Assembly (NCBI GenBank): GCA_963776115.1
Contig: CAVZLS010000023.1
Span: 193,093 to 257,092 of the forward strand
From: an uncultured Alphaproteobacteria bacterium
GTDB lineage: Bacteria; Pseudomonadota; Alphaproteobacteria; Rhizobiales; Rhizobiaceae
Direction: 5' to 3'
Length of the DNA: 64,000 nt
Shown: positions 20,366 through 29,847 of the stretch, in pieces
Layout: every line of letters starts with the position of its first letter
How positions within the stretch are numbered: the first letter of the stretch is position 1
Notes under the pieces: generated by a model
Told to the model about the DNA's origin: nothing
Seen by the model: only the letters and a program-made list of their open reading frames with translations
Database searches by the model: none
Made by a program: the position numbers and the translations under genes

Positions 20366-21541
20366 ATGTTGACCGATAGAGCAAACAATTCAAGTGCTTC
20401 TACCGCAGCGCCGCCTCACGTTGAATTCAGCAAGGACGGCGACCGCGCGACGATCACGCTATCGGGTGCATGGACGACACGCAATGTTCGCCGTGTCGAT
20501 GACCGCATGCGCGAAATTGCCCACGACAAGAGTTTTTCCAGTGCAGTAATCGAGGTTTCCGGCATTGAATTGCTGGATACGGCAGGAACCTGGCTGATAG
20601 AACGCCTGCGAACCACACTTGAGAAAGCTGGCAAGCAGGTCACCGTCGAGGGACAATCCGAAAGCTGGGGCGCGTTGTTTGAAGCAGTAGGCGACGTTGC
20701 ATCCGCACCCGAGGAGCCTGTTCATATCGAACGGCCATCCCTGTTGATTCGCTTTTTGGAAACCATCGGCAGAACTGTGTACGCTTTTGGCGACGACTTC
20801 ACCAAAGCCATGCATATCCTCGGTGCAACCGTGCGCGGCGCCCAGATGAAGGGCAGCGGGCGCAGCGGTATCAGGCCAGCTGCGATCGTGCATCAGCTGG
20901 ACAGCATGGGCATCGGCGCCGTGCCGGTGGTGGTGCTGATGTCGACGATCATCGGTGCGATCATCGCCCAGCAGGGCGCATTCCAGCTTCGCTATTTCGG
21001 TGCAGAGATATTCGTCGTCGATCTTGTTGGTATTCTGGTGTTGCGCGAGATCGGTGTGCTGCTGACTGCGATCATGATCGCCGGCCGTTCGGGAAGTGCC
21101 ATCACGGCTGAAATCGGCTCGATGAAAATGCGTGAAGAGACCGATGCGCTCACCGTCATCGGCCTCAACCCGGTCGGCGTGCTGGTGTTTCCGCGTCTGG
21201 TGGCACTGGTGATTGCCCTGCCATTGTTGACGATCATTGCGGATTTCGCGGCGTTAGGCGGTGCAATGGGAATCACCTGGGCCTATTCCGGTATCACGCC
21301 CGATGCGTTTATTCAGCGATTGCGCGACGCAATCGATACGTCGAGCTATCTGGCCGGTCTGATCAAAGCGCCGTTCATGGCGATGATCATCGGTATCATG
21401 GCTTCAGTGGAAGGCATGAAAGTCGGCGGCAGCGCTGAGTCTCTCGGTCAGCGCGTGACGGCGTCCGTGGTGAAGTCCATTTTCGTCGTTATCGTGGTCG
21501 ATGGCATTTTTGCAGTCTTCTACGCATCGATCAATTTTTGA
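20366..21541 (+). CDS. mlaE: MlaE-family ABC permease with N-terminal STAS domain
   Basis: LDTAGTW STAS motif; REIGVLLTAIMIAGRSGSAITAEIGSM. Confidence 0.88.
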   Translation: MLTDRANNSSASTAAPPHVEFSKDGDRATITLSGAWTTRNVRRVDDRMREIAHDKSFSSAVIEVSGIELLDTAGTWLIERLRTTLEKAGKQVTVEGQSESWGALFEAVGDVASAPEEPVHIERPSLLIRFLETIGRTVYAFGDDFTKAMHILGATVRGAQMKGSGRSGIRPAAIVHQLDSMGIGAVPVVVLMSTIIGAIIAQQGAFQLRYFGAEIFVVDLVGILVLREIGVLLTAIMIAGRSGSAITAEIGSMKMREETDALTVIGLNPVGVLVFPRLVALVIALPLLTIIADFAALGGAMGITWAYSGITPDAFIQRLRDAIDTSSYLAGLIKAPFMAMIIGIMASVEGMKVGGSAESLGQRVTASVVKSIFVVIVVDGIFAVFYASINF

Positions 21542-21549
21542 GCCAGAGA

Positions 21550-22409
21550 ATGACGCCGGCAACAAACAAACAACCTGACACTGACGCGCAAGAAGTGATC
21601 CTTTCGGTGAAGGATGTCAGCGTGTCATTCGGCAGGGCGAAGATTCTGGATAATCTCTCGCTTGACGTCTATCGCGGCGAGATTCTTGGGTTTCGTCGGG
21701 GCGTCCGGCACAGGAAAATCAGTGCTGATGCGGGCGATCCTCGGTCTCAATCAGAAACAGAGCGGACAGATCAAGATCTTCGGTCATGATATAGATCGTG
21801 CCTCGGAACAGGAGAAGCTGGGCGTCGACATGCGCATGGGCGTGTTGTTCCAGCAGGGCGCGTTGTTTTCTGCCTTGACCGTGCTTGAGAATATCCAGGT
21901 GCCGATGCGGGAATACCTCGATATTCCGCAAAGGCTGATGGATGAGCTCGCACGGCTGAAAATCGAGCTGGTCGGTCTCAAAGCGGATACGGCTGAAAAG
22001 TTTCCGTCGGAGCTTTCGGGCGGCATGATCAAGCGCGCTGCGCTGGCGCGCGCGTTATCGCTTGATCCGGAAATCGTCTTTCTCGACGAGCCTACTTCAG
22101 GGCTCGATCCGATCGGTGCGGCGGAATTCGACGAACTCATTGCCAATTTGCGCGATACGATGGGTTTGACAGTTTACATGGTGACCCACGACCTCGACAG
22201 CTTGTTCGCCGTTTGCGACCGAATCGCGGTATTGGGGAAGAAGAAGGTTCTCGTTGAGGGAACGATTGAAGATATGCTGGCGTTCGATGATCCGTGGGTT
22301 CAGGAATATTTCCGCGGAAAGCGCGCACGCCAGATAGTTTCCAATGGCGACAACAGACGGCGATCGACGACACGAGCAGCCCAGGGCAGAGCAGGATCAG
22401 ACGAAGTAA
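21550..22409 (+). CDS. mlaF: MlaF-family ABC ATPase; +1 frameshifts near 21690 and probably 22352
   Basis: GASGTGKS, LSGGMIKR, LDEPTSGLDP, VTHDL; removing one base near 22352 gives TAA at 22407-22409, just before the mlaD start. Confidence 0.85.
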
Positions 22410-22412
22410 TCT

Positions 22413-23405
22413 ATGGAAACGAAAGCCAACTATGTCCTGGTCGGTGTCTTCACGCTCATAGTGTGCATCCTCGCCTTTGGATTTGTCTATTGGATCGCCC
22501 GTTATGGTGATCGTAGCGAAACCGCAACGCTCGAAATCCGCATTGTCGGCTCCGTCACCGGACTGGCTGAAGGCAGTCAGGTCCTGTTCAACGGCATCAA
22601 GGTTGGCAGCGTACGGCGCCTGTCCATCGATGCCAACAATCCCGATGCGGTTATTGCCCAGACGGAAGTCAACGGGACGACGCCAATCACCCGTTCCACG
22701 CAGGCGACGTTGGGCTTTGCCGGCCTGACCGGACAGGCCTTCATCGAGCTCAAGGGTGGAAAGCTCAACGAGCCCAACCTCCTGGAAGAAGCGGCCAAGG
22801 ACGATCAGATCGCACGCATGGATGCCGATCCTTCGGTAGTGAACAACCTTTTGCAGAAGGCGCAGACAATTCTTGAGCGTGTGGATGGTGCTGTGGGTTC
22901 TATTGAAAGCTTCATCACCGAAGTGAAGGGGCCGTTGGTCGACACGGTCAACAATACCAAGAAGTTTACCGATGCCCTGGCCAACAATTCCGATGTCATC
23001 GATAAATTCAGCCAGAGCGCCGAAGATGTTCAGGCAGTTGTAAAAGAAGCGCGGCAAATGATGACCCGGCTCAACAGCGCATCGACACGGGTCGATGGCG
23101 TTCTTGCCAAGCTCGACAAGCAGCTATCGGATCAGGATGGCAGCGTCGTCAGGGAGGCACAGGATACGCTCAAATCGTATCGCGCTGTTGCCGACAATCT
23201 GAACGCCCGGCTCGGGCCGATCACCGATAACATCAATCGATTCTCCGGGCAGGGCCTGCGCGACGTACAGGCGCTCGTAAACGAGAGCCGTCAGTCGGTT
23301 CAGCGCATCGAACGGGCGATCACCGACCTTGAAAAGAACCCGCAGCGCGTAATTTTTGGTGGAGGCGGCAGCGTTCCGGAATATGACGGACGCACACGCC
23401 GTTGA
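22413..23405 (+). CDS. mlaD: MlaD/MCE family substrate-binding protein
   Basis: METKANYVLVG TM anchor; GLAEGSQVLFNGIKVGSV MCE motif; helical C-terminus. Confidence 0.9.
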   Translation: METKANYVLVGVFTLIVCILAFGFVYWIARYGDRSETATLEIRIVGSVTGLAEGSQVLFNGIKVGSVRRLSIDANNPDAVIAQTEVNGTTPITRSTQATLGFAGLTGQAFIELKGGKLNEPNLLEEAAKDDQIARMDADPSVVNNLLQKAQTILERVDGAVGSIESFITEVKGPLVDTVNNTKKFTDALANNSDVIDKFSQSAEDVQAVVKEARQMMTRLNSASTRVDGVLAKLDKQLSDQDGSVVREAQDTLKSYRAVADNLNARLGPITDNINRFSGQGLRDVQALVNESRQSVQRIERAITDLEKNPQRVIFGGGGSVPEYDGRTRR

Positions 23406-23473
23406 CTTTGGGCGATTCGCATCGCATGAAAGTCAACGGGGTGCGTTCGCATGACACGGACAGAGGGGCGCTG

Positions 23474-24058
23474 GTGAAAACAAGAACGACTATTGCCGCT
23501 CTGCTGTTGGCTTTGTCCGTTTCAGCCTGCGCGAGCTCCAAGAAGCTTGACACTTTCGATCTTTCCAGTGCTTCGCCAGACGTTTCTTCACCGAAGAAGC
23601 AGGGCCGTCAGATCTTGATCGCAGCACCCTCGGCGCTCAAGGCGCTCGATGGCGAAAATATTGTTGTTCGATCAGGCCCGAACTCGATTTCCTTCCTGAA
23701 GGGTGCGCAATGGGCTGACCGACTGCCGAATATCGTACAATCGCGGCTGGTCCAGGCCTTCGAGAGCACGGGCCGTCTTGGCGGTGTTGGGCGTCCAGGC
23801 GAAGGCCTCGCCATCGACTATCAGGTGATCAGCGATATCCGCACTTTCAATATCAACGTATCCGGCGGTCAGACTGCCATCGTCGAAATTGCCATCAAGA
23901 TTTTGAACGACAAGAACGGGACTGTGCGTTCGTCGCGCGTGTTCCGTGCGACATCGCCGGTCAGCGGCGAGGGCAATGCATCCTATATCGCCGCGCTTGA
24001 CAGAGCCTTTGACAGCACCGCGAGCGATATTGTCACGTGGACACTGTCGGTCATCTGA
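23474..24058 (+). CDS. ABC transport auxiliary lipoprotein (PqiC-like)
   Basis: GTG start after AGAGGGG; lipobox VSAC; AQWADRLP motif; last gene of the mla operon. Confidence 0.85.
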   Translation: MKTRTTIAALLLALSVSACASSKKLDTFDLSSASPDVSSPKKQGRQILIAAPSALKALDGENIVVRSGPNSISFLKGAQWADRLPNIVQSRLVQAFESTGRLGGVGRPGEGLAIDYQVISDIRTFNINVSGGQTAIVEIAIKILNDKNGTVRSSRVFRATSPVSGEGNASYIAALDRAFDSTASDIVTWTLSVI

Positions 24059-24080
24059 GCGGACAACGCACCTACGTCTC

Positions 24081-24111
24081 CGTCATCCCCGGGTCAAGCC
24101 CGAAGATGACG
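24081..24111. repeat. REP-like palindromic element (short form)
   Basis: cgtcatc...gatgacg outer stem around cgggtcaagcccg, a core typical of alphaproteobacterial REP-like repeats. Confidence 0.6.
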
Positions 24112-24156
24112 AAAGGGTGAGGGCACCAAACAAGAGTGTTGTAATTTGCCAACAAC

Positions 24157-24185
24157 AAAAAACGCGGCCGAAGCCGCGTTTTTTT
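24157..24185. terminator. bidirectional Rho-independent terminator
   Basis: aaaaaacgcggc-cgaa-gccgcgttttttt between convergent genes. Confidence 0.85.
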
Positions 24186-24201
24186 ATCCATATCCGCCTG
24201 C

Positions 24202-27200
24202 TTACTTCAGGCGGTTGCTCGCGTGCGCCAGCATCGTGTAGACCTTGCCGGTGTCGGACGTCAGGTAGTTCTGCGCCATGACATTGTCGCGGTCGTTGCG
24301 CGAAACGTCTTCGAGCAGGCGTTCGAAATCATCCATGTAACGATCGACGGCGCGTTTGAATTCGCTGTCGCCCTGATACTTGCGCTTGATCTCGTCAAAT
24401 GTCTGCTGACCCTTGAGCGTGTAGAGACGGCGGGTGAACACGTTGCGTTCGCCAGCGCGATAACGCTGCCAGAGTTCGACCGAAGCCTCATGGTCGATCG
24501 CGCGGGTAATGTCGATGGACAGGGAGTTCAGCGATTCAACAACCTGGCCAGGCGAGCGTCCGCCAGTCTCGGGTGCCTTCGCCTTTGGTTCGGCCTGGGC
24601 CTCGTCGCTCGATGCGCGGCGCAAGAGATCCGAAACCCAGCCATTGCCAGCAGGGCGTGCAGCCGGAGCTGCATTGCCACGAACATCGAGGCTGCCACGT
24701 ATTGCAGGTGCTTGTGCCGGTGTAGAAGCCGGTGCAGCTGCCCGAGGGGTGGCCGCCGGTTCGGTGCGCTGCGGTTGCGCTGCGACGGCCGATGTCCGGG
24801 TCGGCGTTGCGGCGCGTACCGCGCGGGCTTCACCAACATCGGTCAAACGGCCGGATTTCTGAACGATTTCCGCAAGTTCCTTCAAAGCGTTGATCTGCTC
24901 GGATACCGCCTTGCGCATTTGCGCAGTCGACTGCTTGGCTTCTTCCGGCATGTCCATGACGCCGCGCTGCAGCTCGGAACGGGTTTCTTCCAGCTCTGCG
25001 CGGATGGCAGCAGAAGAGCGACGGATTTCGTCCGTGGCATTGGCGAATTTCTGCGACGCCTGCTCGACGACTTCCGAGATTGAGCTGCGGATCTGTTCGG
25101 TTGTTTGGGTAGCCCGGCCTTCGGCGCGGTCGAATGCCGACGAAACCAGCGATTCGAACGAACGCATGGTCTTTTCGACGCTTTCCGACTTCGCGATCAA
25201 GCCGGCGGCAAGCTTCTGCAGGGCTTCCTGACGCTCGTCGAAGGTCGATGCGAGGTTTGATTGCGACGCGTTGATGAGTTCGGAAGCCTTGTCGAGCATG
25301 CTGCCATGTTCTTCGAAGCTTTTCGCGATGGCGGAAATATCCGTCAGCGTCGAGTTCGAAAGTTGCGAGAGCTTCCCGAGATTGCCGTCGATGAGACGGG
25401 TCGACGTCTGGAACGACTCCGCGGCTTTCGTTGCGTTTTCGGCAAAGGTCGTCGTCGTGTCGAGTAGACGTCCGTCGATATCGCCGAGGTTCTTGGTCGC
25501 CATATCGATCAGCTCGCCGAGCTTCGCATTGGAAGCAGAGAGGCGATCGATCAGATTGCTGACATCGTCTGTGAGGCCAGCCTTCGCTGCCTGAACCGCA
25601 GTAATGGTCTCGGCCGTACGGCTGGCGATGGCATTGATCAAAGCGGCGTTCTCGACGCGCAGGCGTTCCGTTGCTGCCGTTGTGGCCTCCACCAGCTGCG
25701 AGGCCAGTGTACGGCCGTTGTCTGCAAGGCTGTCCACCAGCGGCTGCGCCGTATTGTCGAGGATGCCGATAATCTCCTGCGAGCGGGCAGCGAGAACTTC
25801 GTTGAGCTCGCGCGTGCTTTCCGCAAGCTTCGATGCAGTCGAATCCGTTGCGGCAGAGAAGCGCGCTTCGAGTGCTTCGAGGTTGGCGGCTGCTTCACGA
25901 GCCCGCTCACCGAGACGCTTTTCGGTTTCCGCAAGGCTTTCATTCATGCGCAGGCTGAATGCCTCGCCATGCCCGTCAAGCGCTTCGCCTGCCTTCTGTG
26001 CCTCACCGGTGAGCGAAGAGGCTGCTTCGGTGATCTTGTCACGCAGGCTGCGTGCGACAACTGTCGCACTCTGTTCGAGCGACCGGCGCACATTGTCGAC
26101 GCCCATCTCCAGAGCGTTTTGCATGGTCGTTGTGCGCTCGTCGATGGTTCCGCCGTGGTTTTCAAAGGCCTTGGCCAGCACTTCCGCACTGTCCTGCAAG
26201 ATAGCTTGAAGGGCTACGGTACGGTCGCTGATGGCGCTCGCCTGGTTGTCGAGCGTCTTGCCGATGGCGGCGTTGCCTTGCTCCATGGCGGTGCGGATGC
26301 CGGCAATGCGGTCATCGAGCAGTCCGGCATGTTCGTTCAACGTATCGCCGATGCGGGTATCGCTGTCTGCAAGGGCGATGCGGATCGCAGCGGCCCGCTC
26401 CTCAAGGGCGCCGATATGCGATGCCAGTGTATCACCGAACTGGTTGTTGCCATTGTCGAGCGCGGCGCGGATACCTGCCGCACGTTCCTCGATGTCATTG
26501 GCATGCCGGCTGAGTGTATTCGCGATCTGACTGTTGCTGTTATCCAGCACGGAACGGATACCCGACGTGCGCTCCTCGATATCGTTTGCGTGCTGGGCAA
26601 GCGTTTCGCCGATGCGTGCATGGGTATTTTCGAGCGCCGACTGGATGCCTGCGGTGCGTTCGTCAAGCGAACTCGCATGCGAGGCGAGGGTCTGGCCGAT
26701 CCGCTGATCGCTGTTGCTCAGCGCCTGCTCGATGCCTGCGGTACGATCTTCGATGGCACTTGCATGTGATGCCAGCACATCGCTGATGCGCGCATCGCTG
26801 CTGGTGAGAGCCGATTCAATGCGGTTCGTCCTGTCGTCGACCGAGTCGATGAAGCCACCCAGCGTTTCATCGATGCGGGTGCCGCTTGCGAGCAATGTCG
26901 ACTGAATTTCCGCGTTGCGGAAGTCGATAGCCTGCGTATGCGCGGCCAATGTCTCGGACAGCTTGCCGTCACTGCTCGACAGAGCCAGCTGGATTTCCTG
27001 GTTGCGCTCGTCAAGGCTCTTGGCATGATGATCGAGAGTCTGCGCAATTTTGGCGTGCGTGTCGACAAATGCCGCGCGCATGCCGGATGTCCGGTCTTCG
27101 AAGATCTTGGCATGAGCATCGAGCGTCTGGCCGATCCGGGAATCGTTGGCCTGAATAGCCGCTTCGATGGTGGAGCTGCGCAGATCGATCGTGCGCGCAT

Positions 27201-29175
27201 GCTCATCCAGCGTTTCGCGGATCTTCGCATCCGTATCGGAGAATGCAGCGTGCATGCCCGATGTACGGTCTTCGATCGCCTTGGCGTGCTGCTCAAGCGT
27301 TGCGCCGATGCGTGCGTCATTGTCATCGAGCGCAGCACGCAAGCCCGCAGACTGGCTTTCGAGCGATGAGCCATGGCTCCCGATAATCTGGCCAATGGCC
27401 GCAGTGCTGCTTTCGAGAATGGTCTTGAGGTTCGACGTATGACCGCCGATCTGGCCGGCCTGTTCGCGAATGACGTCGGCGGCACGGTCTGTTTCAACAG
27501 ACAACGTTGCGGCAAGTGCCTCGCGGCTTTCAACCAGTTTATCGGCAAAGGCCGCCGCATTGGTGGAGAGGAGGCTGCCGACGGAGTCGGACAGGCTCGA
27601 CAGGTCATTACCGATCTTTGCCTTGGTTTCATCGACGATGCCGTCGATCGAGGCGCGGCCATCGGTGAAGGTCTTGGCGATATCGCGGGTACGCTCGATC
27701 AGCTGTTCGTTGATCTGGCGGGCACGGGCTTCCAGCGCCGAATTGAGGCGTTCGGTGCTTGTATCCAGCGACTGCGCACGGGTTTCGAACTCCGCAAGCA
27801 GCGAGCGGCCACGTTCGTTGATCGTGGTGTCGAGACCGGAAAGGCGCGTATCGAATTCGCCGACAAGCGTCTGTGTGGCATTGCCGAGCAGCGACAGCAT
27901 GCTGTTGGTGCGGCCATCCAGCGTATCGGCAAGTTTCATCGTTACGGCATCGGTCTGTTCGGACAGGGCAGCAATGCGCATTTCCAGAAGGTTTGCAAAG
28001 GCTTCGCCGGAAGTGCTGATCTTGTGTGAAATGTCGTCGGAACGCGAAACGATCGATTCGGAAATCGTCTGTCCGCTCTGGGTCAGGCGGTCGATAAGCG
28101 TCTCACCGGACTGGCTGATCGACATGGTCAGGTTGGTCGAGGCATTGGCGAGATTGTCGCGCAATGAATCGCCCGCTTGTGACAGCTCATCCTTCAATTG
28201 CTCGTGCGCGCTCGAAATCGACGCACGGACGCGTTCGGCATGGCCGATCACCGATTCACGCTCGCCGCCGAGACGGTCGACGAGTGTGCGGATGCGATAT
28301 TCATTGTCGGTATAGACGCGTTCGAGCTGGTTGACTTCGGTCTGCACGAGCGTTTCGAGTTCGACGGCACGGGCGAGGGTACGTTCGACACCTTCACTCA
28401 TGGCCGCGACTTCGCGGCGTACGGCCTGACCAAGCGAGGCTACGCGGTCCGAAGACATCATTTCGGGTTCTGACAGGCGCATCGCCGCTTCGGCCATGGA
28501 GCGCGCCGCGTATTGCATTTCCTGGGCGCGCCGGATCATGACTGCGAAGGCCCAGAACAGCATGATCGGCACGATAATGGCAACGAGCATGGCAATTGCG
28601 TGCGGTGCCGCGGCAAAATCTGCGAAGGAGCGAATTGACCGCAGCTCGGAGCCGTAAAGCGCGTTGCCGAGAGCGAGCACGGCCGCCGCCCAAAGGACGC
28701 TGACGATGACTGTTATCAAACCGTAGGATTTTGGCGCCGGCACGGTGCTGGCTGTGCGCGACACGGTCGCCGTCTGCAACAGGTCGTCATTTGCCGGCTT
28801 GAAAGTCTGTGCGGGCACGGCCGGCGCTTTTGGCGGCGCGGGCGGTGCGGCCGGAATAGGGTTGGCAGCCTTGATCTGCGGCTTTGGTGCGGGCAGAGGA
28901 ATCGGTGGCTCAGTGGAAACAGGCGCTTTGATTTCTGGCGCTTTCACGGGTTCCGGAGTCGCTGGCGGGTCAAGTTTTTCCGCTGCCAGTTCCTGGGCTG
29001 CCTGCGATATCTGCGCTTCCAGATCAGTGAAGGACAAGAGTTCGTCATCGATAGGTGACAAATCCATATCCATCCCAAGCGTGGACTCATCGAAATCGAT
29101 TTCGAGAGCCTTTTCAAGAGCTTGGCCGAGTTCGTCGTCGGCCTTCACTGCTTTGCTTTTCGGGGCTGTGGCCAT
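24202..29175 (-). CDS. growth pole ring protein GPR/RgsE-like (apolipoprotein-like helical repeats), about 1657 aa
   Basis: PAND motif, two TM helices, RREVAAMSEGVERTLARAVELE, long amphipathic repeats, C-terminal FTRRLYTLKGQ...YLTSDTGKVYTMLAHA; GAGGA RBS. Confidence 0.85.
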   Translation of the reverse strand: MATAPKSKAVKADDELGQALEKALEIDFDESTLGMDMDLSPIDDELLSFTDLEAQISQAAQELAAEKLDPPATPEPVKAPEIKAPVSTEPPIPLPAPKPQIKAANPIPAAPPAPPKAPAVPAQTFKPANDDLLQTATVSRTASTVPAPKSYGLITVIVSVLWAAAVLALGNALYGSELRSIRSFADFAAAPHAIAMLVAIIVPIMLFWAFAVMIRRAQEMQYAARSMAEAAMRLSEPEMMSSDRVASLGQAVRREVAAMSEGVERTLARAVELETLVQTEVNQLERVYTDNEYRIRTLVDRLGGERESVIGHAERVRASISSAHEQLKDELSQAGDSLRDNLANASTNLTMSISQSGETLIDRLTQSGQTISESIVSRSDDISHKISTSGEAFANLLEMRIAALSEQTDAVTMKLADTLDGRTNSMLSLLGNATQTLVGEFDTRLSGLDTTINERGRSLLAEFETRAQSLDTSTERLNSALEARARQINEQLIERTRDIAKTFTDGRASIDGIVDETKAKIGNDLSSLSDSVGSLLSTNAAAFADKLVESREALAATLSVETDRAADVIREQAGQIGGHTSNLKTILESSTAAIGQIIGSHGSSLESQSAGLRAALDDNDARIGATLEQHAKAIEDRTSGMHAAFSDTDAKIRETLDEHARTIDLRSSTIEAAIQANDSRIGQTLDAHAKIFEDRTSGMRAAFVDTHAKIAQTLDHHAKSLDERNQEIQLALSSSDGKLSETLAAHTQAIDFRNAEIQSTLLASGTRIDETLGGFIDSVDDRTNRIESALTSSDARISDVLASHASAIEDRTAGIEQALSNSDQRIGQTLASHASSLDERTAGIQSALENTHARIGETLAQHANDIEERTSGIRSVLDNSNSQIANTLSRHANDIEERAAGIRAALDNGNNQFGDTLASHIGALEERAAAIRIALADSDTRIGDTLNEHAGLLDDRIAGIRTAMEQGNAAIGKTLDNQASAISDRTVALQAILQDSAEVLAKAFENHGGTIDERTTTMQNALEMGVDNVRRSLEQSATVVARSLRDKITEAASSLTGEAQKAGEALDGHGEAFSLRMNESLAETEKRLGERAREAAANLEALEARFSAATDSTASKLAESTRELNEVLAARSQEIIGILDNTAQPLVDSLADNGRTLASQLVEATTAATERLRVENAALINAIASRTAETITAVQAAKAGLTDDVSNLIDRLSASNAKLGELIDMATKNLGDIDGRLLDTTTTFAENATKAAESFQTSTRLIDGNLGKLSQLSNSTLTDISAIAKSFEEHGSMLDKASELINASQSNLASTFDERQEALQKLAAGLIAKSESVEKTMRSFESLVSSAFDRAEGRATQTTEQIRSSISEVVEQASQKFANATDEIRRSSAAIRAELEETRSELQRGVMDMPEEAKQSTAQMRKAVSEQINALKELAEIVQKSGRLTDVGEARAVRAATPTRTSAVAAQPQRTEPAATPRAAAPASTPAQAPAIRGSLDVRGNAAPAARPAGNGWVSDLLRRASSDEAQAEPKAKAPETGGRSPGQVVESLNSLSIDITRAIDHEASVELWQRYRAGERNVFTRRLYTLKGQQTFDEIKRKYQGDSEFKRAVDRYMDDFERLLEDVSRNDRDNVMAQNYLTSDTGKVYTMLAHASNRLK
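26092..27396 (-). repeat. 15 degenerate tandem 87-bp (29-aa) coding repeats
   Basis: Consensus IGxTLxxHAxxIEERTAGIxxALxxSDxR repeated 15 times without gaps. Confidence 0.85.
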
Positions 29176-29294
29176 GTTTTCCTCACAATATTGGGCGGTG
29201 ACCACATGTGAAGCCCACCGCACCATACTCTCTACGCCGCTACTGTATCGTACTGGCACATGGATTGGAAAGAAACAATGGATTCGGGAAATGC

Positions 29295-29326
29295 TTAAAA
29301 GTTTAAACACAAGGTTAATTTTTTAA
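29295..29326. promoter_or_regulatory. CtrA-like TTAA site cluster in the divergent GPR/Hpt promoter
   Basis: Four TTAA in 32 bp; minus strand reads TTAACCTTGTGTTTAA, close to TTAA-N7-TTAA. Confidence 0.5.
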
Positions 29327-29478
29327 GGTCGCAGGAAATTTCACTTGGAAGCCAAAATTTACCTTTTGTTCACCATAACCGGCCATTTCCCCGCAACGCT
29401 TGCCACGTTTTAACCTTGAATCAGAGGCATTTGAGTAAACTTGTTAGTTCAATTGTAAAGCGTTCAGGAGAGTACCCA

Positions 29479-29847
29479 ATGGCACAACAAGCATCGATGG
29501 CCTTTGCATCGCCGGGAGGTGAAAAGTCGAAGCCATCACGCAAGCGGCCAATCGATCTCGTCCATTTGACACGCGAGACGTTCGGCAACCGGGCCCTCGA
29601 AACCGAAATCCTCAACCTGTTTTCCCGCCAGACATGCGGCATCGTCGATCGGCTGGCGCACGCCAACCCGGATGAACGCGTTCGTCTCGCCAAATCGTTG
29701 AAAGGTTCGGCCCGTGCGGTCGGAGCGTTTCGCGTCGCCGAGATGGCCGAAGCCATCGAACAGGCGCCAAGCGACACGAAGAAAATCAAGGATATGGGAC
29801 CGGTCATCGACGATGTCCGCGATTACATAGCCGCTATAACGCGCTAG
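29479..29847 (+). CDS. stand-alone Hpt domain protein
   Basis: PIDLVHL..GNRALETEILNLF and AKSLKGSARAVGA; AGGAGA RBS. Confidence 0.8.
   Translation: MAQQASMAFASPGGEKSKPSRKRPIDLVHLTRETFGNRALETEILNLFSRQTCGIVDRLAHANPDERVRLAKSLKGSARAVGAFRVAEMAEAIEQAPSDTKKIKDMGPVIDDVRDYIAAITR

Noticed and set aside
21680-21700. Programmed ribosomal frameshifting in mlaF, ycjX and others
   Set aside because: No shared slippery heptamer or stimulatory structure; a uniform one-base insertion pattern across unrelated genes is better explained by sequencing error
22410-22510. 98-bp overlap of the mlaF ORF with mlaD
   Set aside because: Disappears if one base near 22352 is removed, giving a stop at 22409
26092-27396. 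CRISPR-like or mobile repeat array
   Set aside because: Repeats are degenerate, in frame and protein-coding, with no repeat-spacer structure and no cas genes
29176-29310. 45-aa N-terminal extension of the GPR-like ORF, and similar extensions on alaS, the ferredoxin reductase, dme, folK and the Bug gene
   Set aside because: Better SD-supported or coupled starts lie downstream; the extensions run through promoter or neighbouring DNA
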